This document shows, piece by piece, positions 14,152 to 27,162 of a DNA stretch of 64,000 bases. Position numbers and translations under genes: made by a program. Positions within the stretch are counted from its first letter, which is position 1. The number at the start of each line of letters is the position of its first letter. The notes beneath the pieces are model-generated. The model was not told where the DNA came from. It was given only the letters and a program-made list of their open reading frames with translations, and did not search any database. Source of the DNA: Octopus sinensis (taxonomy: Eukaryota); contig NW_021832221.1 in the NCBI RefSeq assembly GCF_006345805.1, positions 124,001 to 188,000 of the forward strand. Reading direction: 5' to 3'.

Positions 14152-14458
14152 TTCGTGCTGTTAATAAAAACCAAAATCTATAAAATATTCTTTCCACGTC
14201 TCTCAGACGTGTGATAAATTTGTGAACAACTAACTTTATACATTTATGAGCTAATCCCACCCTCGCAAACTAGATAAAGGAAATATTGAGAGTATACAGG
14301 AAACGCTCACTTAAATTCCGAAAAACATAAATGATTGGAAAGACAGATTTTCAAAAAATTGATCTGATCAGTGGAAAAGAATTTTGTCAGAGTAACCTGA
14401 CTGAAAAGATCTCATTTGAGTGATAGAAAAAGATAAATATTGGAAAATGAATAAAAAA

Positions 14459-15044
14459 TCAATCATTTGACAGCAATTGAATTCGTTTTTTAATAATTTT
14501 AATATTTCTCCTCAAATCGAGTTGGGTGTCACTTTGAAGTACCAAAACTTTGTTTTCATCAAAAGTATCCCTCGCCTGTTCTTCCAAAACTCCAAAAATC
14601 TCACATTCGAGATTATTCCTGACTTTCACCTCTGCATACCCCCTGCATAACTCAACCAAACTGACCTTTCGATTAGTCGTGGTCCAAGCACTTCGATATC
14701 AGTTCTGAGGACTACCACAAGGTCAAACAACTCATTTTCGAATAGATCACATCCGTGGTAGTCAATAATATAATTCCCCTCACAAATCAGCTCTGAAAGC
14801 GACTCTGCAGCCAAAAATAAGAATTTATGAGTACCAGATCATCCTCGATTACTGGACAGTCAAATTGAGGGTCGAGTTGTTTGTAAATAAACTTATTTTC
14901 GATTGCATATGCCCCAAATTCGACGTGAATAAGCTCCTTGCAACGATTTAGTAATTTAGAAATGAGCAGTGACTTTCCACAGCCAGGAGTGCCTTTAAAT
15001 ATGGCCAATTATTTACCAGTTATTAAAACATTGCATCGTGGCAT
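14459..15044 (-). CDS. AK6: Adenylate kinase 6 (CINAP/Fap7)
   Basis: Spliced 'MPRCNVLITGTPGCGKS' P-loop, 'IIDYHGCDLF', 'FDLVVVLRT', 'NLECEIF'. Confidence 0.9.
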
Positions 15045-15152
15045 TAAAAACACCACAGGTTTATACACGTTATAATATTTTTAACTTTAAATAAATTAAT
15101 TTACTAAATAATATAAATTAAAATAAATAATAATAAATTTATTTCCATAGAG
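15045..15152. promoter_or_regulatory. Putative compact bidirectional promoter region (AK6 / SPEF2)
   Basis: Only 108 bp, very AT-rich, between divergent start codons. Confidence 0.5.
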
Positions 15153-18100
15153 ATGACTACCATCCTGTTAGATTGGCTGAACAACGACGTCAATATTTCC
15201 ACAAAAATATGTAAAAAAATAAAATCAATTCAAGACAATGAAAGCATTGCTTATGAATTTTCCAACGGCTACCTAATCGGGGAAATTCTGCACAAATATG
15301 GCCTCCAAGCAGACTTTGACCAATTCTCCACGGGCAAGTAAACAACCCAATTTACCCGCCCAGTTCAAGTGGCTCAAAATTGAATAATTTTTCCCGCCTT
15401 GGTCCGACCTTCCAACTAATTGGGGTCCCGTTTGATTTTTTGATAATCCGATCATTGATGAACGAGGATATTGGAGTGGCCACAAGGACCCTCTACCAGC
15501 TCTACATTGTCCTCAGGAGAAAAGAGAAAATGAATTTGACTGAGTTTGCCTTGGAGGCCCAGAGACCGAAAGGAAAGGCTCATTTTGACAAGTGTCTGAA
15601 TGAAATTCACAATCATGTGTGTCCTGCTTGTATTTTTGTAGATATTCAGGCAAAAGACCATGAATGAGGCACATTCGTCTTTGCTTGAAAAAGCCAACGT
15701 CTACAAAGATAAAATAATTTATAAACAAAATCAAAATTTAATTTTACAAATCAAAGAAAATGAAAAAAATGAAAAAAATAAACAAAAAATTAGACGGCAA
15801 CTCCGGGATGAGTGGGTAAAAATGAAAGAAAAAACAGACGAACTGGTAGCCAAAATAAGGTAACTTTTCCCACAACACACAAGATCTGAAAAAACTGTTA
15901 TTACAAAAAATCAAGAAAAGACAGGAAAAATAAAAGACAATCAAAAAGAAAAACAAGTTATAACTGTTAATATAATATTAGGAATTTTCAAAAAGAATAA
16001 AAGAGTTTGAAAAAATTGTTGAGCAGTCATACATAAAGCCCGAGGAGAACACGGAGGAGATGTATGGCCAGAATATAACCTTAAGAGACCTGTTAAACAG
16101 TGTGACTTACAACCCCGAGGGCAACGGTCTAGAGACGTTGTTGTCGAGATATATTCGGGACGACGATTCGAGTGAGTATTTCAACCAAATAAAGATTCGT
16201 CTAACGGAAGAAAAAAATGCCAAACTTGAACGAGACAAACGACGAAGAAAAGTCCTGGTGGACCAAATGAAGTGCCAAATGATGTTGGCGGTTTGTTTTG
16301 TGGATTAGAGGCCAGGAACAAACGAGGGAGGAGACACTCGTGTCCCAAATGATGAGGCAGTCTCAACAAGAAAAACGTCTTGTCAACCAACTGATGCAAA
16401 TAAGACACGAAAAAGACATCATTCGGGAAAATCGTATAAAAAGGGAACAAGAAAACGAAAAACGGAGACAAGTCGACATGGAAAACGTGCTAAACAGAGA
16501 AGCTGTATTCCTGCCTTTAAAACAGTGAGGAACTCTCTCGGATGGAGAAAGAAGCAAACAAAATCAAAAACCAACAGCAATTGGAATTACACCGCGAAAT
16601 CATGGCGGAAAACCGAAGAAAAAAACAACTCAAACACGAAACATTGTCCAGAGAGATAACCCTCCTCATCGTCGACTATGCCATCAAATATGCCGAGTAC
16701 AGAGAACTCACGGATTGGTTTGAAATGTGTGACTACCCAGCAATGTCCCCGAGTCCGTGATGAGGGAAATGAACGAAATTTTTGTCAAAGGCCAGTCTTT
16801 TTTTCAAGAACTCGGTGAGTCGGTTTCTGGTTTGTATTCGCCCGAATTGAAGACTATTGTTGACAACATGAATATTAAAGAATATATTGTTCATATTTGT
16901 GTCACTCAGTGTAGAATATGGTCGGCACGTGGGAGAAATCTCCCGATTTGCCCGTCCCTCCCAGAAATAACGTGCTTGTCCATATTATGAGAAATCTGCT
17001 GGGAATCGAGGCCAGACAAATCGTAAGTCAGTTCAGACCACATTTCAGAGCATCGCAGAACACATCAACCAAATCCCCCCAAATAGGAGGTTTTGCATTC
17101 TGGGAAAACCGGGAAGTGGCAAAACGGCAGTCTCAAATGCCCTTGCTCAACGTAATAAATATTTATCGAGTTTTTTAGGGTTTCAGTGCGCGGTGATCAA
17201 CGTTGACGAATTGATTGCCCAAGCAGTTCAGGCTGCGGAAAACAGCGAGAATAAAGTTTATTCTGCAATTCACATTTCAGGAAACTGAAAGAATTGTTGA
17301 TTCCTCAGGTAACTTGGTGACCCCACTTTAGAAGGGGGACAAGACTTGTGTCCCCGAGACGAAAGTCGGGTAAGTGTTATTGAAATAAATGTAAATTTTG
17401 CACCAATATATTTTAGCGGGAACTGACGAGGACACAACTCGGTCTGCAAATTCAATCCAAAATGAAAGACGGCGACTCACTGCCTGATGAATTGCTCATT
17501 TCTCTTATTGCGAACAGACTAGAGTAAAGGGTTGATTTGTATTGCAGAGCAATTGAAGAGAATGAGGGATTCGTTCTCGACGGGTTTCCGTGTTCGTTGA
17601 ACCAATGCCGACTTTTGGACAATTTGTTGGAAGGATTGGACTTGAATGCCCCTGAAAGTGAAGAATTCGAAATAATAAACGGTCTCCAGCACTTTGATCC
17701 AGTTCCCGTGACTAAGAATGGACTTACACACGTGATTTACCTGAAAGCGGACGACGAAACTGTGATTAGAAACATGCAGAAAAATGAAGAAAACAAACAT
17801 TGGAATCCTTCACAGTTAGTTCGACAAATATTGTCATAGTCTCGTGAATTATAATCAAAATTGGGCTTGTTTGGAAAAGTTTTACATCAACAAAGACAAT
17901 TTGGTGACTGTCGAATCACAGGAAGATATTTCCCAGGAGGTAGTGGCTCAGATTGAAGAATTGGAACGACAAGTAAACGCCTTAACTTCAAAGATTTAGA
18001 AAATTGAACAAGCGAATGAAGAAATGGAACAACTCAGACTTCGAACAGAACAGGAATTGAGAGAAAAAGAGGTTTCAATTCCCACAATGTTTAGGCTCTT

Positions 18101-21100
18101 GAGAAAAAGACAGAAGAAGCAGAGGAAGTGCCGGAAAAGCCCACAAAAGCCAAGAAGAAATCTCCCGGTAATGAGTTGGCCCAATCATGATTAGCAAAGC
18201 CCAGAAAAAGTGTATCCGAAAAACCAAAGACCAACTCCTCGAAGGAAAAAGGTGACACCAAAATCAGCAAAAAGTAGGTAAAAAACAAAAAAGCAAAACT
18301 CCCTCGATCAAGGACGCTTCTGAAGTTATGGAAACAAGTCCAATGGACTCGTCCTGGACATTTGTTGACTTGTCCCTACCTGCAGTTAGCGTAGTTTGTA
18401 AATTATTTAAAAGAAAGAAAAACAATTATTGGCCGAATTTTGGACGTCCATAAAAGACGTGTATACCGATTCGGTCGTGAAGTTGGTGGGGGACCTTCAG
18501 CGGAAACGGCACTCTCATTTGGAATATATTTACAACTTTCAGTGAGTTGAGACGCTCGAAATGTCTAGACAGGACTTTTATACATTTCTTGGGAGACATG
18601 ACGAGAAGGAGGACTATTTTATTCAGTGGCAGAAGGTACGAGTGAGTGATCCACATGCAGGATTTTGCATCCATCCCGACTGAACTTCGAGAGGACGAAG
18701 AAACCAAGACTGAACTACACCAAAGAATCGAGGATTTGAAACATCGGCTGTGGGATATATCCAGTCGACAAAGGGAGATTGCGGAGGACGAGTTGTCGTC
18801 AATGAGCAACAACAACTGGCTGGAGGACCAAATTGGAATGATCGACAATTTGTGCATTTCGTTACAACAAGTATCAGTTCAGCACCACTTTAGGCCGAAA
18901 TTGACAAATTCCAAGATTTAGCCAAATTAATTAGAAATTACTACCTCGCCCTAAGTGGCAAGTTCATGGAAACCGCGGACGAGGAGAGATTGCGACTGGC
19001 TGTAGTCGAGGTGGTCAGTGTGGACTGACATTAGCCCTATCACGACAGAGAAAACGGAGATGCAGATCGAGTGACACCGAAATCTACCAATTCCCAAGGC
19101 AAAGAAAAGTCCGAGCCTTCTAAGAAAAATCCAAAGAGTCCGAGACGTTCAGCAGAGCAGAAGCTTAAGAAAAAATCAACCAAAGATTATTCAGAACCGA
19201 CGACGACAGACCAAAGCGACATTGAGACCAAGTATCCCTCCCTATAGCATCCACAGAATTCCTTTATTGCCTCGAAAAAACCCGACAAGTCACGATTCAG
19301 GGAGTAGGAAGAGACTAGACCGGAAAAGTGTACAAATTTCGGATTTTTACTTGTCGTCTTTGTCTACTCAGGAATGGACTTATTGTGTTGAAAGTGCCAA
19401 CAATTCTCTCGATTTAATCAAAACTCTTGTAAATACTCCGCAAACTCATTTCAGGTGGAAAATTCAGAAAAGAAGTTTCTCCAATCTCTGAATATCGACC
19501 GACAGGATTCTCCAAAAGGGAAATCCAAAGTGTCACCTTCCGGCAAAAAAGCAAAGAAAAAAAGTCAGTTGGTTTCACTAAATTTAAGCCGAGACTGTCG
19601 CCTGCAACGATAGCAATGAGTCAAAAATATATTCAGAATTCCTCTCTGCCATCAAAACAGAAGGTCGAAAGCGTTGATTGACATTTAGAAACATGTGCGG
19701 GCTATTTTATACGCTCAGTAACAAGAAACTGCACAGAAATGATTGCCTCCCTGCAGTCCAGAATGAGGTCTGTTCGGAGCAAGATGGCGGGGTTGATCAC
19801 CAAGTCATTTACGGAAGAAATGGAAAGGTGTGTGTGACTGCCGTGATTTAAGCATCAACCAAGTTGTCCAAGTTTTAAAAAATCACGTCGAGTTCGGGAA
19901 AACCATCGAAAATGTCATTCGCCTCAACAATGGCCGATTTTATATACAAAATGTACACAAAACAGTCATTTTAGAATTTTTTCATTCCACTGCCCCCTCG
20001 GGCGGAAATCCGTGGCTACAGCGGGTCAATGGCTGATCTGAGTTCACGGACGGAGTTTTCCTTCCACCAACTATGGAATCTCTACCACCAGGTAAAACAG
20101 TCGCCACAATTTAAGCTCGAAATGATTTCTCCTTCGGGGATAGTTTTTAGCAAAACTCTCGTCAATCTAATCTCCAATTTGACGGCCTACGGGAACTGCA
20201 AAGAAGTGTTTCCGGCAGTGTGGCTGAACATGAGCTACTCCGAGGTGACCTCCGTCTAGAGAGAGTAGATCCAAGAAATAGTCTCACGAATTCAAATCGA
20301 CGACGAATTTGTCAACTGGAAAAAATTTATAATTTTCTGCATGGAACCCTTCCCACACCCGTCATTGACGGATTTGATGTCCTCCCTCCATCAACTAATG
20401 GAAATGGACGAAACTCGGTCGGGATATGTCACGTGGGAACAGTTCGAAAATGTAGGAGACCGACTCACGTGTGTAGTGCAATCTGTGGTTCTCTGAGTAC
20501 AGCAGTTGTACTGGAATAAAAAATATTGACGGATTGTGGAGTCAAAGAATCAAAAAATACATTTTCCGTGTTTTCGAGAGCAGCGGGTTGTTCCTGGACT
20601 ACATCGATATGGTTGTAGTGCTGCGAATATTCCAGCTCCTCTACTTCTGCTGTGATGAGAATCCCTACAGCGGGTTCCTAAGGGCTTTGAGCGTGGTGTC
20701 GGACCAGAAAATCGTGAGTAGTCACAAGAGACTGTCCAACTCCTCAATAAGGGGGGAGTTCCTGGAGTACATCAGCAGTGATTCCGAGTCGGTGGTGTCC
20801 GCAGAACAGATTGCCGATATCAGAATATCCCACATCCATAAAGTGTTGATGCACGGAAAATGCGGCTCAAAGTCCAACAATCGTTTCAAGGACATTGAAT
20901 CGAGCAGTGAAATCGACATTTTGGTTGTGATTGTGTGTTTATGTTAGAATAAATTGAACACAGTTTATTGGGATTTGAACTCAAAAGAGGAGGGGACTCT
21001 GCCTTATAATGTGATAATAGAACATCCGATCATACAGGATCTCATAATGTCCACCAAGAACTTCAAATACAATGTCTGGCATGTCTATATGTGTAGAATA

Positions 21101-21177
21101 TAAATTATGTATTTCCCAATAAGGAAATGTCCAAATCTGCAACATCGAACGGGAGTGTCAATTTAACGGACTCTTAA
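15153..21177 (+). CDS. SPEF2: Sperm flagellar protein 2 (ciliary central apparatus), many tiny introns
   Basis: CH domain 'EFSNGYLIGEILHKYGLQ..NNFSRL', coiled coil 'LMRQSQQEKRL..L.QIRHEK', ADK-like 'GFVLDGFP', 'KTELHQRIEDLKHRLWDI'. Confidence 0.9.
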
Positions 21178-21278
21178 CTAACAAATCATTTACTAATAAT
21201 ATTAATATTCCAGAATTATAATGTTAATTAAATAATATATTTTTTAAATTAAATCTTTTGTTGTGGTGTGACAATAAC

Positions 21279-23092
21279 ATGTCATTTCAAGCAAGTGATT
21301 ATGACAAAGTCAAATCTGAAATGAACAAGGCAGTTGTCAAAACATTGGGCCGTGAAAACTCCCACGTCCTCTCCGAACTAGTAAAATGCATGGAAAGAAG
21401 CACATCGACCACAAAAATGATATGTAAGTCCAAATATGTGAAATAAACAGACAATTTATCCAAATTCATATCAAGAAGATCTTCCGAGAGTCTGGCTTCC
21501 CGAGCAAAGCGATATTTCGACAAATTAGACATTCGTCCCCCTTCCAAATTGTATGCCTGTCTGTATCATTCCCAGGGTGACCAGACAGACCGAGGACCGG
21601 TGAGGAGTGGCTATATTCCGTAGAGCAAAGGACTTGATTTTGGACGAGGATGGCCGAATGGTGGACAAACGGACGGGAGAGGACGTGGAAATAAAAAAGA
21701 GTGCCCCCACCCTCCAAGCCAACCTCCGTTCTATCAAACAAGAACCCAAAAAACCAGTCGTAAAGAAGGAAGTGGTGGCCGAGCCTGTTTTTGACCGCAA
21801 TATCTTTGATCCGCGAATAAAGTGAGGATATTTTGGTATTGTAGAGTACGTGGGGCAGTCCGAGCAAAGAGGCCACTCAAATTCAACGAGCCAGGCCTGT
21901 TTATAGAGAAGGCACGTCGACAGAAGGCAAAGGTAGTCCTCTCTGATGAATGACAGCAACAACTGTCCAAACTACAAATGGAGATCTCCAAAGTGGCCAA
22001 GAAAACAGGCATTGCCGGTATTTCCCGAATTGTGTCTGTCCAGCCTGAAAATAACTATGTAACTGGATTTGGGCATTTAAAGCTGATAGATCACATTCCT
22101 GACATTGAGTGGTGGGACTCGTTGTTGATTACTTCACATCGGTAGGGGTGGTTTGGCATGGCAGGTATGATGTGGCACTGGCGGCCATTGAAGGCAATAA
22201 TTTGGGGGAAGAATTGTGTATAACAGGCTTGGTGGAGCACCCGAAGAAGCACGTGATGTCATGTTGATGTTGTTGTTTGATTGGTAGCATCGAAGGGACA
22301 GAAGGGGATAATAGTGCCACTGACAAAGAAGGAGAGGGGCAAGTTGAGGAGGCAGACTCGTTTGGAGGCACAGAAGGAGTACCAGGAGAAGGTCCGACTG
22401 GGGTTGGTGCCCCCCCAGGAGCCTAAAAGTATAATTGTGTGACCAGCCAGTCCGGATGGCCAACCTGATGCGAGTGTTGGGGTCGGAGGCAGTGCAGGAC
22501 CCCACCAAAGTGGAGTCGTATGTGCGTGCCCAGATGGCCAAACGAGAGAGAAAGCACATCAAAGCCAACAAAGACCGTCAACTGACACCCTCCCAAGCAC
22601 GGGAAAAGGTGATTCGGCGAATATCGGAAGATGTGTCGTGTGGAGTGCATGTCCTCGTATTCCGGTTGGTGTGTGGTGGATATGCAGAATCCCCAACCTG
22701 AGCAATATAAGTCACCGTTATAAGATCGAGCAGAACTGTCGACAGTTGTTGATGACGGGGTTTGTGGCCTTGTTGGCGGACTGTAATGTGGTGGTGGTGG
22801 AGGGGGGACCCAAACAGACCAGACGGTTCAAGGCGTTGATGATGCGTCGAATACAGTGGAATAAACTGAGGAAGCAGGATGAGACTGAGAATGTGTGTAG
22901 TCTGGTGTGGGAGGTTGTGGTCTGTCTTAGTCGTAGGGAGTTGTCCAGTCTCGGGTCTTTTCGGATATAACATTCAGGAATTGTCCCACGGCCACATTCG
23001 CCAGAGAACAGTTTGCGAGGTATAAGGTAGAACAGTACTGGGACTTGTCCTACTGTTCGGCTGTCCTTCAAAAACAGGAGGATGGATTGTGA
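21279..23092 (+). CDS. PRPF3: U4/U6 snRNP protein Prp3
   Basis: 'LILDEDGR', 'PTLQAN', 'IEWWD', '[20 protein letters not shown]', '[14 protein letters not shown]', 'CSLVWEG'. Confidence 0.93.
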
Positions 23093-23172
23093 TTGTTTTA
23101 TTATTCTTTTTGTTTTTAATTATATGAGTTGTTATATTTTAATAAGTTAATAAATAATTGTTTCTTTTGTGG

Positions 23173-24081
23173 ATGATTTTTGCTGGCTCAATGGTATGGG
23201 TTGTGATGATTAGTACAGAAGTCAATATTGTTGTCTACGAGGAAAATGGCCTCCGGAGGGCCAGCCAACCTAAAGATATATCGATATGTAGATTTGGGGT
23301 AATTATGCAGAACCCGGGGAAGAACATCCCGAAAATGGAGACCTTCCAAGTGGACACGGCTTCGTGTGGACCAATGGTGTTGGACGCACTGATCAAAATA
23401 AAGTCAGAACAGGACCCGTCGCTGACATTCCGTCGATCCTGTCGAGAAGGGATCTGCGGGTCGTGTGCCATGAACATAAATGGACAGAACAGTCTGGCCT
23501 GCATATGGTACTGTGATTAGTCGATTGTAGTAAACTGGAGAAGAATACAAAGATCTACCCACTTCCCCACATGTACGTCATCAAAGACCTGGTGGTGGTT
23601 AGTAGTGCCTGTTGAGTGCAGGACATGAACAACTTTTATGCCCAGTACAAGTCGATTGAGCCATGGCTACAGCGAGATGACATGGAGGAGGCTCAGATCG
23701 GGACGAGGCCACTCAGACAGAGTGTGGAGGACAGAGGCAAGTTGGATGGACTGTATGAGTGTATTCTCTGTGCCTGTTGTTCCACGTCCTGTCCATCCTA
23801 CTGGTGGAATGGAGACAAGTACATCGGGCCAGCTGCTCTTCTCCAGGCATACCGTTGGGTCGTCGATTCGAGGGATCAGAAGAGTATTGAACGAGTGGAC
23901 AAGTTAAACCACGCCTTTGGACTATATACTTGTCATACTATTATGAATTGCACTCAGACATGTCCCAAAGTGTGTCTTCTTTATATACAATTAGGGACTG
24001 ATGCCCGGACGAGCCATTGCAGAGTTGAAGAGATTGGCTGCCAATTTGACTCAAAAGACTGCTGTTGCCCCTTCCAATTAA
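23173..24081 (+). CDS. SDHB: Succinate dehydrogenase iron-sulfur subunit
   Basis: '[16 protein letters not shown]', '[18 protein letters not shown]', '[13 protein letters not shown]'. Five introns of 25, 23, 23, 24 and 25 nt give a continuous ORF starting with a presequence-like [19 protein letters not shown]. Confidence 0.96.
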
Positions 24082-24369
24082 TACTAACTATTCACTAATG
24101 TCTTTTGTTTATTATTAGACTTTATTAAAGTAACCACAAACACGCCCAAAGTGGTTGTCACAACATGAAATGGTAGTATAAAGACACGTTCGAGAATGCA
24201 TAAAGTTAGTTAAGACTCCCTTCTTTGTGTTTTATAATATAATCTTTGCTTTGACAGGACATTTTTGTTTCATATTTGTTAATACTATATTGTTTGTGCT
24301 TAGATTTGTGTGTAAACAAAGGGCGGTATTCTGTATTCAAGAAGGAACAAAATTGAAAAGTCCAGATAA

Positions 24370-25260
24370 AATTAGTTTTTAATTAGTGCGTCTGCTTTCT
24401 GTAGATTCTCCTTCTCTTCAAGCCTTCGATGGGCACACTTATCTATTTTACAGGCACTTTGTGGTTGTTCTCGAGTCTGATTCCATGGTTCTACTCGACA
24501 AAGCTTACTCCGTTGTTCCATTTGTAAACCGCGACTTGGCATTCTTCCGGCAGGATCATTTCAATCTTATGCTGTTCTGCACGTATACTCTCCAATTGAT
24601 GACCACAGACTGGATAAAAGCTCGTGTGTCCTTCGAGACCAATTAATTTGCAGTAATGTTTGTAGAATTTATTCACAGCACCGTCCCACGTTATTACCAG
24701 TGGTATTACCTTTGCGTTGTGGATTGCAGAGTTGAAGAGATTGGCTGCCAGTTCACTAAAAAGCAAATCGTGGAGCTTTTCCACCCCAACTTGGTTTAGG
24801 TTTGTTTGGGAGGTGACCCCAATCTCAATAAGCGTGATTGTGTTCCTCGTTTTGCCGAAGATGTCCGCCTTGTTATTCTCGACCCTCAGTCAACACGAAT
24901 CTCCGCAAAGTTATCTGCAATTACTGACTGAACAGAACGAGTTTTCAGCCTCCTGGATTTCTTACTTTGTGCATAAATGCAGATGTATACACTTCTTTGT
25001 GTCTTTAAGTAATCACTATTAGCATTCGACCACACCTCGTCGGTAAATGATCAACTGTGTTTGTGGTTGAGTTACAGTGACTGCACAATATTCCAACATT
25101 GTCTATAAATTGGTTACGGTCCTGTACTAGAAACAGAAGCCTTTCGGTTCTCGGGGAGTTATTTCCATGAGATAACCCAGGCATTCTCAACATTTTTGTG
25201 GTCGATGTGCTTCTTCCCCCTTGTCCACATACAATTTAAAAATTTTTGTGCATTGTCCCT
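24370..25260 (-). mobile_element. Degenerate RLE-type (R4/NeSL-like) non-LTR retrotransposon 3' region
   Basis: CCHC 'CSHC..VDHLPTRC', 'ADIF..LIEIGVTSQ', 'VIPLVITWDG'. Confidence 0.75.
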
Positions 25261-25344
25261 TAATTGGTTGTTTTTTGTATATAACTCAAAAATCAAAATA
25301 TAAAACAATAAATCAAATGTAAAAATTGAATTTTTATCAAAAAT

Positions 25345-26870
25345 TATTAGTGAGACCCTTGATATTGATGTTTACTCGCTAATAGAGGTGCACCGATTAA
25401 TCGGCCGATAATCGGTAATCGGCAAAATCTGCCGATTAATCGGTAATGTAATTATTTTCCGAAATACAATTGTATACAACAAAACGTTAAATAAACAAAA
25501 TTTTTTTAAAAGAATCAATAATTAAAGTCTGATGTTTTTAAATTATATGAAGGTACATCATCATTTCTCCATTCTCTGGCAAAAGTCTATTTCTTTTCGG
25601 TTGATATATATTTCTTCCAGTGCTGAAAACTCTTTCGCTTTCTACAGACGAAGCAGGAGCTGTTAAATATTTCAACGCCATTTTACTTAAGCGGGGAAAT
25701 ATATTCGTGAAGTTCTTCCACCACGTAAATATATTATCAGTTCGTCGTATTAAATCTAGCTCTAAATAATTTTGAAGTTCCGTCAAATAGCAATGTTGGT
25801 AATTTTTCTCCATAGACATAATTCGGTTAGAAGATGAAATTTGAGAAAATATTTCTTCAAATGTTAATGTTTCCGAATTTTGTATTTTTGTCAAAGAAAT
25901 GGCATTTTCAGATAACTTCGTGTCAGGAGAATTACTATCCTTCATATATTTAACAATCAATTTTTTAATTCTTTCAATCATACAAGTCTTATGAAATCTT
26001 GTTTTAAATCTGGGATCCAATGTTGTTGTAATACATAGTGATTCGTTTTCAAAATAAAAGGTAAATCTTTTATCAATAGAGGACATTAATTTTTCAGTTG
26101 TTTCTTTGATTTCATAAAATTCACAGGATTCTTTTGCCTTTTCAAGAAATAAGAGAATTGTTTTGATTGAAGGAATAATCATGGAAGCAGTAGCACTCCT
26201 TTTGCTCGCTTCAATTGTTATTTCCTCAAATGGTTTCAAAATTTTAACAATTTTTTCTGCTGTTATCCACTGTATATCTGATAATATTGAAAGATTATTA
26301 TCAATTGCATATGTTGCGAGAGCTTTTCGTTGTTCGATCTTGATATTAAAATATCGCATAATTTACATACGCAAAAAAACGAATTATCGTCTGAGACATC
26401 AAAAAATTTCCATACAACGCTCGACATGTTAAACAAAATATTTAATTACATTTTTAATAAAATAAATTACATATAAATATATTTTTATGTATAATATAAT
26501 GGCCGATTAATCGGTATCGGTATCGGTGAAATTGGCCGATAATCGGTAATCGGCAAAATCCAAAAATGGTTATCGGTGCATCACTACTCGCTAAATATTC
26601 AGTGTCGGGTTTAATTCTGGTCAACTTTAGGCGTATATCCCCTCTATAACACACTTCCAGTCTATTTCTTTCACATTGTGTGATATGATTGACAAAACTA
26701 AATTCACTTTCAACTAAATAAGTTGTAGGGAATGTCAATAGTACATTTCTTATTTCCTTCCATAAATTTGGAAATTTCATTTGTAGATCTTTTGATTGCC
26801 AAAATTTAGAGATACTATTCTGTTGAAATCTGTGAATATATTCTACATTATATTTCAATTCAATTATCTT
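25345..26870 (-). mobile_element. Buster transposase C-terminal remnant, split by an Ac-type hAT insertion
   Basis: 'FPTTYLVESEFS..RNRL..GDIRLKLT..YLAS' continues across the insertion as 'KHQYQGSH*'. Confidence 0.75.
25383..26586 (-). mobile_element. Ac-type hAT transposon, deletion derivative
   Basis: TIRs tagaggtgcaccgat / atcggtgcatcacta, subterminal atcggc/gccgat repeats, perfect 8-bp TSD CTCGCTAA. ORF has 'LDPRFK','WW..FPRLSKMALKYLTAPASSVESERVFS'. Confidence 0.95.
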
Positions 26871-27162
26871 AATTTAAATGATCCTGTAATCGTGATAGCT
26901 TCATCGCTTCCTTTGAGAAAGAACAGTGACAAATAAGACAATAAGGCTGTTTTGTGTCCTCAGTACTTTGAATAAACGCATATTTTAAATATTCGTTTTG
27001 ATAATGACGACTTTTACAGTTATTTCTGGTGTCGGTGGCTCTAACATATTTTATTAACTGGTTGATTTTTGTCGATAAAGTTAAGGAATTTTCTCAAAGT
27101 CGACAATATCTGTGATTAGTGAATTTTCAGTGTATTCCGTGGATTAAATTTATACACAAAAA

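Noticed and set aside
15153-21177. Frequent stops and frameshifts in conserved genes suggesting pseudogenes, an alternative genetic code or programmed frameshifting
   Set aside because: Where checked, all are resolved by removing short GT-AG introns under the standard code.
23246-23290. SDHB apparently lacking a mitochondrial presequence
   Set aside because: An upstream ATG at 23173 plus a 25-nt intron adds a basic, Ser-rich presequence-like leader.
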